In this document: positions 1-8,216 of the stretch, piece after piece
How positions within the stretch are numbered: position 1 is the first letter of the stretch
How the letters are laid out: every line of letters starts with the position of its first letter
From: Alphaproteobacteria bacterium
GTDB lineage: Bacteria; Pseudomonadota; Alphaproteobacteria; UBA2136; JAPPOO01
Assembly (NCBI GenBank): GCA_028817875.1
Contig: JAPPOO010000030.1
Span: forward strand, 12,588-44,587
Length of the DNA stretch: 32,000 nucleotides
Direction: 5' to 3'
The notes under the pieces: generated by a model
Told to the model about the DNA's origin: nothing
Seen by the model: only the letters and a program-made list of their open reading frames with translations
The model's database searches: none
Program-made: the position numbers and the translations under genes

Positions 1-689
1 AAATCGCGGTCTGTTTTAAGGGATTTTTCACGCAGTTTTTCTTGAGGCCAGCTCAGGCCAAAGGCATCCTTTAACAAGTAAAGCAAACAGTCTCTATCTT
101 GCTCTAAACTCAGTTTAAAAGAGCGCTTATTCGTCAAGAAAGCTTTGATATTATCTAAAATGCGCTCATGGCTTATAAGGCATTCTACATACTGTGGATG
201 CAAATAACACCGCACCGCGGGTGTCGCAATGTTACACACCAGTTGCTCACCTTTAAAAACATCCCCATTTTTGTGGAGCACATAACGGCCCCACACAAGC
301 TTACCATTCAGCCCAAAATCTTTTTCATAGTAGTTCAATCTTTGGGTGAAAGTAATGTCTTCCAAAAGCTCCGCAGCGTCTTTCAACCCTTGTTGTTGAT
401 GGGCTAAGGGGAAAGCAAAAAGCCCGCGAGAGGGGCGTATGCTAAGCCGAGTATCATCTCTAAAAGTAAGGTCAATTTTTTCTACTGAATCTTTTTTAGG
501 GGATGTTGTAAACAACTGCTTTGTTGCAGCTTCTTCTTTTTTGTAGTGGATGGAAAGGTGTTTAATATTTGCGTACAGGTAGGTACGGCGCTTGTACTCA
601 AAAGAAGTCTCACGAAAGAAAAGCGTTTTTAAATAACGCGGACGGTACCCTTGCTCAAGGGATGGTGGTTCAACTTTTTGCTGCATCAT
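1..689 (-). CDS. hypothetical protein, N-terminal part (gene runs off the left edge)
   Basis: Absent from the ORF track because it has no stop inside the window. Hand translation of the minus strand from ATG-ATG at 689-684 (MMQQKVEPPSLEQGYRPRYLKTLFF...GLSWPQEKLREKSLKTDRD) stays open to position 1. I checked the frame for reverse stops triplet by triplet over 1-180. It lies 47 bp downstream of the GAF gene on the same strand. No family recognised. Confidence 0.6.
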   Translation of the reverse strand, partial: MMQQKVEPPSLEQGYRPRYLKTLFFRETSFEYKRRTYLYANIKHLSIHYKKEEAATKQLFTTSPKKDSVEKIDLTFRDDTRLSIRPSRGLFAFPLAHQQQGLKDAAELLEDITFTQRLNYYEKDFGLNGKLVWGRYVLHKNGDVFKGEQLVCNIATPAVRCYLHPQYVECLISHERILDNIKAFLTNKRSFKLSLEQDRDCLLYLLKDAFGLSWPQEKLREKSLKTDRD

Positions 690-736
690 ACTTGTACAAA
701 TATGGGGCAGGGAGGGCTAAAAAACCAATATATTCG

Positions 737-1222
737 TTATTTTGCTACAATATTTTTACCGATAAGGTCTGCAAGGCTTTCAATAAAGTTACAAACATCT
801 GGCTGAAATGGCGGGTGATCATCCTGCGGAGAAGAAAAATTAAACGTGCCATATACATTTCCATCAGGCAGGCGTATAGGCGCTGCAATATAGGCTTCCA
901 TTTTAAAAGCATTATAGCAAGGGTGGGTGCCCCATTCTGTATCCTTCGCTTGGTTGAAGTGGGCAAGCTTACCGTTTTTTAACATAAGGTCACAGTAGGT
1001 TTGGTTAAGGTCAAATGTTGTACCAGCGGGAATATCCAATAAATCACTACATGCATGAAGGACGGTGTAGGTAGGCCCTTCAACATGGCTAATAATACCA
1101 ATAGGCAAACCTGTAGCCTCCATACCTGCCTTTAGTATTTCGTTAGCTGTTTGCTCGCTCCAACCGTTTTCTTTAAGTGAAGAAGCAAACTCAAAGAGCT
1201 TCTGATTCAAGTCCATAGCCAA
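737..1222 (-). CDS. stand-alone GAF domain protein
   Basis: The 161-aa translation (…TYCDLML…HPCYNAFKMEAYIAAPIRLPDGNVYGTFNFSS…) resembles the small single-domain GAF proteins of proteobacteria. The track start at 1222 is TTG. ATG at 1216 sits 9 nt after AAGGA and is the more likely start. Confidence 0.75.
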   Translation of the reverse strand: MAMDLNQKLFEFASSLKENGWSEQTANEILKAGMEATGLPIGIISHVEGPTYTVLHACSDLLDIPAGTTFDLNQTYCDLMLKNGKLAHFNQAKDTEWGTHPCYNAFKMEAYIAAPIRLPDGNVYGTFNFSSPQDDHPPFQPDVCNFIESLADLIGKNIVAK

Positions 1223-1366
1223 GTTTCCTTATTGTTTTTATTACCTTGTACAACAATTGGTTGCAACTTTAGTATTGTTGGACGAGAAAGTAAAAAAAAT
1301 TCTTGCTCTTCATACGGAAGGCCGTTATAAATCCAACCGCATCAAGCAATTGCTTGTGCCTCCTAA

Positions 1367-1441
1367 GCGGGAGTAGCTCAGTGGTAGAGCATCACCTTGC
1401 CATGGTGAGGGTCGAGGGTTCAAATCCCTTCTCCCGCTCCA
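1367..1441 (+). tRNA. tRNA-Gly (anticodon GCC)
   Basis: Cloverleaf folded by hand. Acceptor GCGGGAG/CTCCCGC, D arm GCTC-AGTGGTA-GAGC, anticodon arm TCACC-TTGCCAT-GGTGA, T arm GAGGG-TTCAAAT-CCCTT, discriminator T, encoded CCA. Confidence 0.93.
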
Positions 1442-1450
1442 AGTTTTTAA

Positions 1451-1472
1451 CAGCCCTACGGGGCTGTTTTTT
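1451..1472 (+). terminator. intrinsic terminator after tRNA-Gly
   Basis: Hairpin CAGCCCC-TAC-GGGGCTG followed by TTTTTT. Confidence 0.8.
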
Positions 1473-1587
1473 GTACATTATTAAATCTGCTAGCCCAATT
1501 TCTAAAAATGTGTATACTTCGTTCTTCATAAAAAGACGAATCTAACTTATATAACATTTCACTCGGACTACCTAAGAGGAACGCACG

Positions 1588-1770
1588 ATGACGATGCTTG
1601 AATTCTTGACAATCGTATTCACAACTAAACCAGGTCTAGCTGGGCTTATAATATGCACTGGCACATTTATTTGTCTCTGTATCGGACTTACATCACCTAG
1701 GTGTAAACATCCTGAATGCACATGGAGGCCCGGACAAGGGCCGCAGCTGCCAAAGTCGCTAAAAATTTAG
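1588..1770 (+). CDS. possible small Cys-rich membrane protein (60 aa)
   Basis: AAGAGGA lies 7 nt upstream of the ATG. There is one hydrophobic segment (GLAGLIICTGTFICLCIGL) and 5 Cys. No homology recognised, so it could be a chance ORF in the tRNA-Gly/nrsF spacer. Confidence 0.3.
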   Translation: MTMLEFLTIVFTTKPGLAGLIICTGTFICLCIGLTSPRCKHPECTWRPGQGPQLPKSLKI

Positions 1771-1778
1771 AAAAATCA

Positions 1779-1802
1779 GATAGGGAAAATACTTTCCCTA
1801 TC
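1779..1802 (-). terminator. intrinsic terminator of the sigma/nrsF operon
   Basis: 10-bp hairpin GATAGGGAAA-ATAC-TTTCCCTATC abuts the nrsF stop. On the minus strand it is followed by a T-rich tract (TGATTTTTCTAAATTTTT). Confidence 0.6.
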
Positions 1803-2449
1803 TACCACCGCAATAAGCGGGGGAGTATCGGTAAACTTAGTATCACCATCAATAAAATCGGTAGAAAATGCGCCAACAACAAGTGGGCAGGCTCACTTGT
1901 GGGGCAAATGAGTAAGCGGCCTGTGCTCGCAGCGGCTGTAGATGTCAAAATAGTTCCCACAGCGACCATATTGGGGTTAAGCGGAGCCAACCGCTTCAAA
2001 AACAGATACAAAGGCACGGCTAGCACGGCGGAAGCCGCCATAATTGTCGCCCAGCAGGAGCCATCGTAAACCAAGTGATGCGCTGTTTCTAACAAATGCC
2101 CCCATGTTGTATTAAGAAGGCACTCGCAGCTAACAGCCAGCCATCCCAAAACAGCGAGCGCCAACAAAGCAAAAGCAGGGCGCATATAACGCGTGTCCGG
2201 CGTACTGAGTAACACCGTTCCCACGCCTGCTAGCCCAACAGTTGCTAGCAATAAAATCAAATAAAATTGAATCTCATCCATCGTAGTGGCTGTCCAAGGC
2301 CGTAGGTTTTCTAAAAGAACCCAACCCGCCATCATAAAGAGCATAAAGGCAAAAATAGGCAGAAAAGTCTTCCATAAAGCCATGCGCGGCTGAACCGGCG
2401 TCAGGTCACCCGCCAGTAAATCAATCATATCAGCCGTTTTTTTCGTCAT
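1802..2449 (-). CDS. nrsF: NrsF-family (DUF1109) polytopic membrane anti-sigma factor
   Basis: 215 aa. The N-terminus MTKKTADMIDLLAGDLTPVQPR matches the pattern I recall for NrsF, and several TM segments follow. The start codon directly abuts the stop of the upstream ECF sigma gene (2449/2450). Confidence 0.7.
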   Translation of the reverse strand: MTKKTADMIDLLAGDLTPVQPRMALWKTFLPIFAFMLFMMAGWVLLENLRPWTATTMDEIQFYLILLLATVGLAGVGTVLLSTPDTRYMRPAFALLALAVLGWLAVSCECLLNTTWGHLLETAHHLVYDGSCWATIMAASAVLAVPLYLFLKRLAPLNPNMVAVGTILTSTAAASTGRLLICPTSEPAHLLLAHFLPILLMVILSLPILPRLLRW

Positions 2450-3046
2450 TTACTCTCCATGTCCTTCCAATTCTCCCCGTAGCTTTTTATAAGCACGGTG
2501 AGCCGCCACTTTCACGGCACTCACGCTCATGTCCATTTTTAAAGCCACTTCCGCGGCTGAAAGCCCTTCTACCTTAAGCATGGTGACAATCGTTCGTTGC
2601 TTTTTAGGTAGGGTTGTCAGCGCTTTAATCAAGTCCTGCCGTATGTCCGCTGTTCCTATATTCGTCTTGGTATCGGCAATGGTTTCATAAAAACTGTATT
2701 CATCATCATCCGCCACATAACTTTCTCGCGCTTGCTGGCGTTTAATTTGGCGAATCGCATCAATAACCTTATAGCGCGTAATGGCGAACATCCATGTTTC
2801 AAAAGGCTGGCTGGGGTTATAGGTGTGCCGCATTTTGTGCAAACCCATCAGCGTTTCTTGCACAACGTCTTCCACGCGTTCTGCATCAAAAAGGCGTTTA
2901 CGTATAAAGTTACGGAGCAGGGGGGTAATATCCTTCAGCAGTTTACGGTAGGCATCAGCATCGCCCGCTTGCGCGGCGATCATCCATTGTTGCCATTGTG
3001 CGTAATTTTGCTGCATGTGGGGCAATATTATAGAGATTTTATGCAC
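2450..3046 (-). CDS. ECF-type RNA polymerase sigma-70 family factor (SigF-like, paired with NrsF)
   Basis: Region 2 (…AYRKLLKDITPLLRNFIRKRL…VEDVVQETLMGLHKMRHTY) and region 4 (…LPKKQRTIVTMLKVEGLSAAEVALKMDMSVSAVKVAAHRAYKKLR) are recognisable. The track start at 3046 is GTG. ATG at 3016 is an alternative start. Confidence 0.88.
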   Translation of the reverse strand: MHKISIILPHMQQNYAQWQQWMIAAQAGDADAYRKLLKDITPLLRNFIRKRLFDAERVEDVVQETLMGLHKMRHTYNPSQPFETWMFAITRYKVIDAIRQIKRQQARESYVADDDEYSFYETIADTKTNIGTADIRQDLIKALTTLPKKQRTIVTMLKVEGLSAAEVALKMDMSVSAVKVAAHRAYKKLRGELEGHGE

Positions 3047-3072
3047 AGTGGAATAAAAAACATCAGTTTTTG

Positions 3073-3101
3073 TTGACGAAGAAGGCTGCTTAAAGTAAAA
3101 C
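3073..3101 (+). promoter_or_regulatory. candidate sigma-70 promoter for the tRNA-Cys/tRNA-Asn unit
   Basis: TTGACG (3073-3078), 17-nt spacer, TAAAAC (3096-3101). It lies about 70 nt upstream of tRNA-Cys. Confidence 0.35.
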
Positions 3102-3171
3102 TCCCTCCGTACTTACAGTTGGTGGCTAACGTAACCAACCCAAGTAGAGCCGAAATGGCACGAATGCAAAC

Positions 3172-3248
3172 GGCCGAGTGGTGAAGTGGCTTAACACAGC
3201 GGTTTGCAAAACCGTCATTCGGGGGTTCGAATCCCCCCTCGGCCTCCA
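3172..3248 (+). tRNA. tRNA-Cys (anticodon GCA)
   Basis: Acceptor GGCCGAG/CTCGGCC, anticodon arm GCGGT-TTGCAAA-ACCGT, T arm GGGGG-TTCGAAT-CCCCC, discriminator T as expected for Cys, encoded CCA. The D stem has one mismatch. Confidence 0.88.
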
Positions 3249-3280
3249 CTAAGGTGCATGTAAGTACAGTACCAACATAA

Positions 3281-3356
<76 letters not shown>

Positions 3357-3361
3357 AATTT

Positions 3362-3390
3362 AAACCCCGTTGCCTTCAACGGGGTTTTTT
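3362..3390 (+). terminator. intrinsic terminator after tRNA-Asn
   Basis: 11-bp hairpin AAACCCCGTTG-CCTT-CAACGGGGTTT running into a T tract. Confidence 0.85.
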
Positions 3391-3477
3391 ACGTATGAAC
3401 ACCTTGTTTTTCCCAAAAATTTCCCTATGTTCAAGGTACTTTCTAGTTTTTTTATGTAATCTCTGAAAGGGGGTACA

Positions 3478-3930
3478 ATGTTGAACTTGTTTAACTTTAA
3501 TAAAGTAAATCTTCCTGTAGTTGGATATCCTGTTAATTATCCAGCTTTAAATAAGGATGATTTTAATACAGAGCTAGCTCGGCGCTGGAAGGAAATTACA
3601 GCCTTTCCTGAATTGAAAATTCAGCATCATCTAACTCCTCAACACCTTGTAGCCAAATTTACCATATTTAAGCCTCGAGTTGTTTTGTGTCATTGTTCTT
3701 CTGAAGGAGTAGATTTTAAGACTCTGGAGAAGATCAAGGCGGGTGAATTTGGATACCCTAAAAGCTCGTTTATATTCTTTTCAACTGATGGCTGCCATTC
3801 TGATTTGGGTGACTTTGAAGGTGACTTCCCTACTTGGGAGCTTCGTCCTGACGAAGAAGCCAGTTGGCTACCTGGGATTGCGCTTATTGTGCAAACCCGA
3901 GCTTTGGTAGCTACGGACCGAAAAAACTAA
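3478..3930 (+). CDS. hypothetical protein (150 aa)
   Basis: The ORF has a purine-rich RBS (AAAGGGGG) upstream of the ATG and its own terminator. It contains CHC and GCH motifs. No family recognised. Confidence 0.6.
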   Translation: MLNLFNFNKVNLPVVGYPVNYPALNKDDFNTELARRWKEITAFPELKIQHHLTPQHLVAKFTIFKPRVVLCHCSSEGVDFKTLEKIKAGEFGYPKSSFIFFSTDGCHSDLGDFEGDFPTWELRPDEEASWLPGIALIVQTRALVATDRKN

Positions 3931-3951
3931 AAACTGAAAGTAAATACGGAG

Positions 3952-3987
3952 AAACCGACCTTGCCTTGCGCTTGGTCGGTTTTTTTT
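3952..3987 (+). terminator. intrinsic terminator
   Basis: Hairpin AAACCGACC…GGTCGGTTT followed by a T run to 3987. Confidence 0.8.
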
Positions 3988-4107
3988 CATTTAAAGCAAA
4001 AAGGCCTTTTCTCCATAGTCAGCTTAATTTTTAACCAAAAATATAAATATGTATAACTCGGAACATCTATAAGAATTTCCTCCCCACAGGGAGGGAAAGG
4101 AATTAAA

Positions 4108-4446
4108 ATGCAAAATCTTATCGTTGCTTTTGGGGTGGTGTTTGCACCTTACCCAGTATTAATCCTAGGGCTTGTCGTAGCGTTTTTTATACGCTCACAG
4201 CAGCGGAGGACAGCTCCAAAACCTGTCAAACAGGTGGACGAAGTTGTCAAGCAGGTGAAGCAGCAGCCTAAAACTACTCAATCAGCGCCAATTAACTACT
4301 GGGCGCTAATTTCTCTGGTAGTTACGGGGATTGGCTTTGCAGCCCTCTGTGCAGCGGCATTTTCAGGAGTACCACTGGAAACTTTAAAGTGGTATGGGCT
4401 ACCACTGGTGGTAACAGGCTTTCCAGCCTATATTTCCACCAAGTAA
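4108..4446 (+). CDS. hypothetical small membrane protein (112 aa)
   Basis: RBS AAAGGA. It has an N-terminal TM helix, a charged linker with VKQV repeats, and two C-terminal hydrophobic segments. No family recognised. Confidence 0.6.
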   Translation: MQNLIVAFGVVFAPYPVLILGLVVAFFIRSQQRRTAPKPVKQVDEVVKQVKQQPKTTQSAPINYWALISLVVTGIGFAALCAAAFSGVPLETLKWYGLPLVVTGFPAYISTK

Positions 4447-4502
4447 AACTCAAACGTCCTCGTACAATTGTGCGGGGACGAAGTCGTTAAAGCAGGCAAA
4501 AC

Positions 4503-4531
4503 AAAAAAGACTCTCCGAAGAGAGCCTTTTT
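4503..4531. terminator. bidirectional intrinsic terminator (rplI operon and the 4108-4446 gene)
   Basis: Hairpin CTCTC-CGAA-GAGAG with flanking G/C closure, an A run on the left and a T run on the right. It works as a terminator on either strand. Confidence 0.65.
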
Positions 4532-4546
4532 AAAAGGTCGAAAAAC

Positions 4547-5002
4547 CTAAGCTGTCGTGCTTTGGCGCTCTACAGCAACATTAAGGCTAACAACAACCTC
4601 AGGGTGAAGGTAAACCTTCACGTCGTGGTTGCCAACTTCCTTAATAGGCGTACCAATCTGAATCTCAGAACGTGCCACAGTGATGCTCTTTTCAGCCAAA
4701 GCCGCTTCAATATCACGAGCCTTAACAGAACCGTAAAGAACACCTGTTTCAGAAGCTTGACGCTTAATCATAACCGTTAGGTCAGTAAACTGAGTTGCAA
4801 GTTCTTCAGCCCTTGTACGGCCTTCAGCCATAGAAGCTTCACGGTCTTTGCGCTCAGCTTCAAACTTAGCAAGGTTTTCTGCACTGGCAGGTAAGGCCTT
4901 ACCACGTGGTAGCAAGAAGTTACGTGCGTAACCGCGGGAAACAGAAACTGTTTCGCCAAGCGTACCAACACCTTGAATTTGTTCTAATAAAATAACGTCC
5001 AT
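4547..5002 (-). CDS. rplI: 50S ribosomal protein L9
   Basis: MDVILLEQIQGVGTLGETVSVSRGYARNFLLPRGKA is the L9 N-domain signature. AGGAGG RBS. Last gene of rpsF-rpsR-rplI. Confidence 0.95.
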   Translation of the reverse strand: MDVILLEQIQGVGTLGETVSVSRGYARNFLLPRGKALPASAENLAKFEAERKDREASMAEGRTRAEELATQFTDLTVMIKRQASETGVLYGSVKARDIEAALAEKSITVARSEIQIGTPIKEVGNHDVKVYLHPEVVVSLNVAVERQSTTA

Positions 5003-5016
5003 GGTTTAACCCTCCT

Positions 5017-5367
5017 TTACTGGTTGCGGGTTGTGTATGGCAACAGGGCAAGCATGCGAGCACGCTTAATAGCCAGCGCCAATTCACGTTGTTTTTTAGC
5101 GGATACACCAGTGATGTGGCGCGGCAAAATTTTTCCAAAGTCGGAAATATAGCGGCCAAGCATACGGGCATCTTTGTAATCAATCGGGCGCGCTTTAGGG
5201 CCTGAAAAAGGGCAGCTTTTGCGACGCTGAAAGTAAGATTTACCAAGCAGGTTCGGCTGGTGCTTAGGGCGGCCATCCGGTGTTAAGCTGTAATCACGCT
5301 TTTCTTTACCTTCTTGGTTCTCTGCGCGCTCATCGCGGTCACGGTATTGTTTTGCTTCACGAGCCAT
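5017..5367 (-). CDS. rpsR: 30S ribosomal protein S18 (with about 40-aa charged N-terminal extension)
   Basis: Core RRKSCPFSG…IDYKD…[31 protein letters not shown]. Confidence 0.95.
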   Translation of the reverse strand: MAREAKQYRDRDERAENQEGKEKRDYSLTPDGRPKHQPNLLGKSYFQRRKSCPFSGPKARPIDYKDARMLGRYISDFGKILPRHITGVSAKKQRELALAIKRARMLALLPYTTRNQ

Positions 5368-5381
5368 GAGTCTGTCCTCCC

Positions 5382-5759
5382 TTACGCTTCTGCACTGGAT
5401 GCGTCAGAATCGGCATCAGTGTCAAAATTTCTAGATTTAAATTTCATCATAACGGATGGTGTCTCATCCATTTCTTCAACACGGATTGTGTGGAAGCGGA
5501 TAACATCCTCAGCTAGCTTTAGGTTACGCTCAACCTCAGCAACGGCATTACCAGCCATTTCAGCACCTAGCATTACATAGTAACCTTTTTTGTACTTGCG
5601 TACACGGTAGGCAAGGGTGCGTAGTCCCCAATTTTCTGTTTTGATAACTTTTCCATCCTGCTTGTTAATAATTTCAGACACGCGGTTTGAAATCTGGTCA
5701 ACTTGCGTTGTAGCCACGTCAGGACGTACAATAAATACAACCTCGTAGAAGGCCATCAT
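5382..5759 (-). CDS. rpsF: 30S ribosomal protein S6
   Basis: M(M)[12 protein letters not shown]…[22 protein letters not shown], with an acidic C-terminal tail. GGAG lies 6 nt upstream of the first ATG. Confidence 0.95.
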   Translation of the reverse strand: MMAFYEVVFIVRPDVATTQVDQISNRVSEIINKQDGKVIKTENWGLRTLAYRVRKYKKGYYVMLGAEMAGNAVAEVERNLKLAEDVIRFHTIRVEEMDETPSVMMKFKSRNFDTDADSDASSAEA

Positions 5760-5922
5760 ACATTACTCCTTTTGGTTTAACAGCCCAGAAACCCTATATT
5801 TCCGAGCAAGGTAGGCCTGACTTATACTGTTTTACCCAAAAAAAGCAAGCAAAAAAGCACTTAGGTGGTTGACCTGCTTGAGTCAAAGCTTACTATTGGC
5901 TGCAATAAAGAAGGAGTTTTGT

Positions 5923-6873
5923 ATGAATAACCCTGCAGAAACAGCATTTGTTTTTCCTGGTCAAGGAAGCCAGCACCCTGGTATGGCGTCCGAATTTATG
6001 ACAACGCCAAGCGTTGGCCCATTGTTTGAAGCGGCTGATGATATACTTGGGTATAAATTATCTGAAATTATGCAGAAGGGGACTGAAGAAGATTTACGTA
6101 AGACTGAAAACGCACAACCTGCGTTACTACTAGCAAGTGTCGCTGTATGGTCTTACCTCCAAAAACAAACAGGGAAAGCTCTCAATGAAATGGCTTCTAT
6201 TGCAGCAGGGCACTCTGTGGGGGAATATGTTGCAGCCTGTATTACAGGAGTCCTCTCTTTTGAAGATGCTCTGAAGCTTGTTCATGCTCGTGGAAAAGCT
6301 ATGGCAGAGGCTGTTCCCGCAGGGGAAGGAAGTATGGCTGCTGTTCTAGGTGGAACGTGGAATGACGTCTTTTCTACATGCCAGACAACAGGGTGTTTTG
6401 TTGCGAATGATAATGCAACGGGGCAGCTTGTTATCTCGGGGCCAACAGGGGCAATTGATGAGGCCTCTAACATGCTTGCTATGCAAGAAGTTAAAAAGAT
6501 TATGCGGTTAGAGGTTTCAGGGCCTTTTCATACACAGGCAATGGAACCGGCAGCAGATACTGTGGCATCTGAGCTTGAGGCATTAAAGCTTTCTAAGCCG
6601 CTTATTCCACTTGTGATGAACGTAACAGCCGAGAAGACAACGAATACGACAGAAATAAAAGAAAATTTGATTGCTCAAATTACACAAATGGTGCGCTGGC
6701 GTGAAAGTATGCGTAACCTTGGTGAGAGTGGCATTACTCAAGTAGTTGAGCTTGGTAGCGGTAAGGTGTTAACAGGTCTGCTAAAACGGTGTGATAGCCG
6801 TTTGCAGGGAACAACCCTAAATACACCGCAAGATATTGACAATTGGATGGAAGCGTTAGAAGCTGCGGCCTAA
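5923..6873 (+). CDS. fabD: malonyl-CoA:ACP transacylase
   Basis: FVFPGQGSQHPGM and the active-site motif GHSVGEY. I moved the start to ATG 5923, which has AAGGAG 6 nt upstream. The track start at 5869 is TTG and adds 18 non-conserved residues. Confidence 0.93.
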   Translation: MNNPAETAFVFPGQGSQHPGMASEFMTTPSVGPLFEAADDILGYKLSEIMQKGTEEDLRKTENAQPALLLASVAVWSYLQKQTGKALNEMASIAAGHSVGEYVAACITGVLSFEDALKLVHARGKAMAEAVPAGEGSMAAVLGGTWNDVFSTCQTTGCFVANDNATGQLVISGPTGAIDEASNMLAMQEVKKIMRLEVSGPFHTQAMEPAADTVASELEALKLSKPLIPLVMNVTAEKTTNTTEIKENLIAQITQMVRWRESMRNLGESGITQVVELGSGKVLTGLLKRCDSRLQGTTLNTPQDIDNWMEALEAAA

Positions 6874-6931
6874 TAGCACGGTAGTTGATACTGGTTGCTA
6901 TACGTTTATATAAAAATAAAAGGATAATTTT

Positions 6932-7651
6932 ATGCAAAGCCTTAATGGTTTGACGGCGCTGGTAACAGGGTCTAGCCGTGGTATTGGAAAAGCCATTGCA
7001 GTATACCTGCAAGAAATGGGTGCCGATATTATTATATCAGGCTCAAACGAACAAACCCTCGCTGAGACTGCAAAGGAGCTGAATGGGTGTCGTTTTATCA
7101 CCGCAAACTTGTCAGAACCCGAATCAATTGAAAAGTTGGCTCTACAAACTGGCGAAGTAGATATTCTTGTCAATAATGCAGGTATTACGCGGGATGCCTT
7201 GTTTCTGCGCCAAAGTGAGGACCAATGGAACGAAGTTTTGCGGGTAAACTTGGATGCAGCCGTGGCACTAACACGTGCGCTTACACCCCACATGGTGAAA
7301 CAAGGATTTGGCCGTATTATTAATGTTTCCTCTATTGTGGCGCACATGGGGAACATTGGCCAAACCAACTACATTACATCTAAAGCCGCTATTACAGGCT
7401 TTACAAAAGGGTTGGCAAAAGAAATCGCCCGTAAAGGCATTACAGTAAACTGTATTGCTCCGGGCTTTATTGAAACCAGCATGACAAAAGACCTTCCGGA
7501 AGCCGTCCATACCAAAATTATGGAGCAAATCCCCGCGCGGACTTTTGGTAAACCTGAAGACATTGCCGCCGCTGCAGGCTTTTTAGCTAGTAAAGAGGCA
7601 CAATACGTCACAGGCACAACCCTTCACGTCAATGGTGGTATGTATGTTTAA
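6932..7651 (+). CDS. fabG: 3-oxoacyl-ACP reductase (SDR family)
   Basis: TGSSRGIGKAIA Rossmann motif, NNAGITRD, and the catalytic Y-x3-K (YITSKAA). It follows fabD. Confidence 0.9.
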   Translation: MQSLNGLTALVTGSSRGIGKAIAVYLQEMGADIIISGSNEQTLAETAKELNGCRFITANLSEPESIEKLALQTGEVDILVNNAGITRDALFLRQSEDQWNEVLRVNLDAAVALTRALTPHMVKQGFGRIINVSSIVAHMGNIGQTNYITSKAAITGFTKGLAKEIARKGITVNCIAPGFIETSMTKDLPEAVHTKIMEQIPARTFGKPEDIAAAAGFLASKEAQYVTGTTLHVNGGMYV

Positions 7652-7672
7652 TGAAAACTTTAGTAAGTTGGA

Positions 7673-7700
7673 GAAGGGGAGTTTCAAAAGACTCCCTTTC
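7673..7700 (+). terminator. probable terminator after fabG
   Basis: 10-bp hairpin GAAGGGGAGT…ACTCCCTTTC with one G-T pair. The downstream T tract is interrupted. Confidence 0.45.
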
Positions 7701-7755
7701 TTAGGTTAATTTTTGTACAAAATTTGACGTTTTTTTACTTTTTTGCACCAAAATG

Positions 7756-7784
7756 TTGACAAATTTTTTTTGAAAAGTTAGAAA
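7756..7784 (+). promoter_or_regulatory. candidate sigma-70 promoter in front of the hairpin-dense block
   Basis: TTGACA (7756-7761), 17-nt spacer, TAGAAA (7779-7784), in a T-rich context. A perfect TATAAT at 7839-7844 without a good -35 is a second candidate. Confidence 0.4.
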
Positions 7785-7868
7785 CCTCTCAACACGTAAT
7801 TTTTCATTTGAAGTAAAAACTTTCCTGTTTTGCCTGAATATAATGATTTCAGCGTACAGGCGAAAGGT

Positions 7869-8216
7869 ACCAGCCCTCTAAGTATATTGGGATGCCGAAT
7901 GCTCAACGCTTAGGGGCTGGTATTCAAGGCTGTGAGCCTTGGTTTTTGACGAGGAAAGCCGAAAGCCAGGGGGAGGGAGTTGCGCACAACTAACGGGGGC
8001 AGAGCGCAACTCCCAATGAATTCTAATTTTAAGGTGGTTTTGCCCGATCTGTATTCGCCCACCTTAGAGTCAGCCTTGAGAGTAGAAGAGGACAGCTCCT
8101 CTTCGTAAACTCTCTCGGCTTGAGTTTCGAATCCCTCAGCAAATAGGGTGTTACTCTCTTGAGTAACGCTGAGGTAAAGCGCACCTTTCACTTGAACTCG
8201 GATTAGAGTTTAAGTG
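7869..8216 (+). ncRNA. candidate structured non-coding RNA of unknown family (strand not certain)
   Basis: Seven consecutive hand-folded hairpins:
- 7869-7921: 13 bp with one bulge
- 7925-7941: 7 bp
- 7975-8014: 11 bp, perfect
- 8030-8066: 8 bp
- 8072-8120: 4+5 bp outer and 8 bp inner stem, CAGC loop
- 8134-8174: 7+7 bp, TCTT loop
- 8189-8216: 11 bp including one G-T
There is no credible ORF. Confidence 0.4.

Noticed and set aside
168-982. Plus-strand ORFs at 168-407 and 569-982.
   Set aside because: They are antisense to the open minus-strand frame (1-689) and to the GAF gene. The minus-strand reading is longer and has coherent sequence.
1716-2069. 117-aa plus-strand ORF.
   Set aside because: It is mostly antisense to nrsF and reads as an Ala/Arg-rich mirror of a TM-rich gene. 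No RBS.
3028-3249. 73-aa minus ORF.
   Set aside because: It overlaps tRNA-Cys and its promoter region. The tRNA fold is far better supported.
3357-4546. Integrated mobile element or genomic island at tRNA-Asn.
   Set aside because: I saw no integrase, transposase or phage gene, and no repeat of the tRNA 3' end. It is kept only as a low-interest finding rather than a mobile-element feature.
5869-5922. 18-codon N-terminal extension of fabD from a TTG start, as given in the ORF track.
   Set aside because: ATG at 5923 has AAGGAG at ideal spacing, and the conserved FVFPGQGSQ motif begins 8 residues after it. The extension has no counterpart in FabD as I know it.
6898-7368. 156-aa minus ORF. Other ORFs overlapping fabD/fabG are at 6282-6473, 6734-7012, 7268-7617.
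   Set aside because: Antisense to fabG and fabD, which have clear catalytic motifs. These are shadow ORFs.
7951-7960. RNase P RNA, suggested by GAGGAAAG resembling the conserved GAGGAAAGTCCGGGC.
   Set aside because: The match ends after 8 nt. The other universally conserved blocks I recall (GGTAAGAGC…, ACAGAA.CCGGCTTA) are absent on both strands.
7910-8191. 93-aa minus-strand ORF inside the hairpin block.
   Set aside because: No SD and no recognisable domain. Its sequence is dictated by the paired stems it runs through. An ORF of this length is easily open by chance here.
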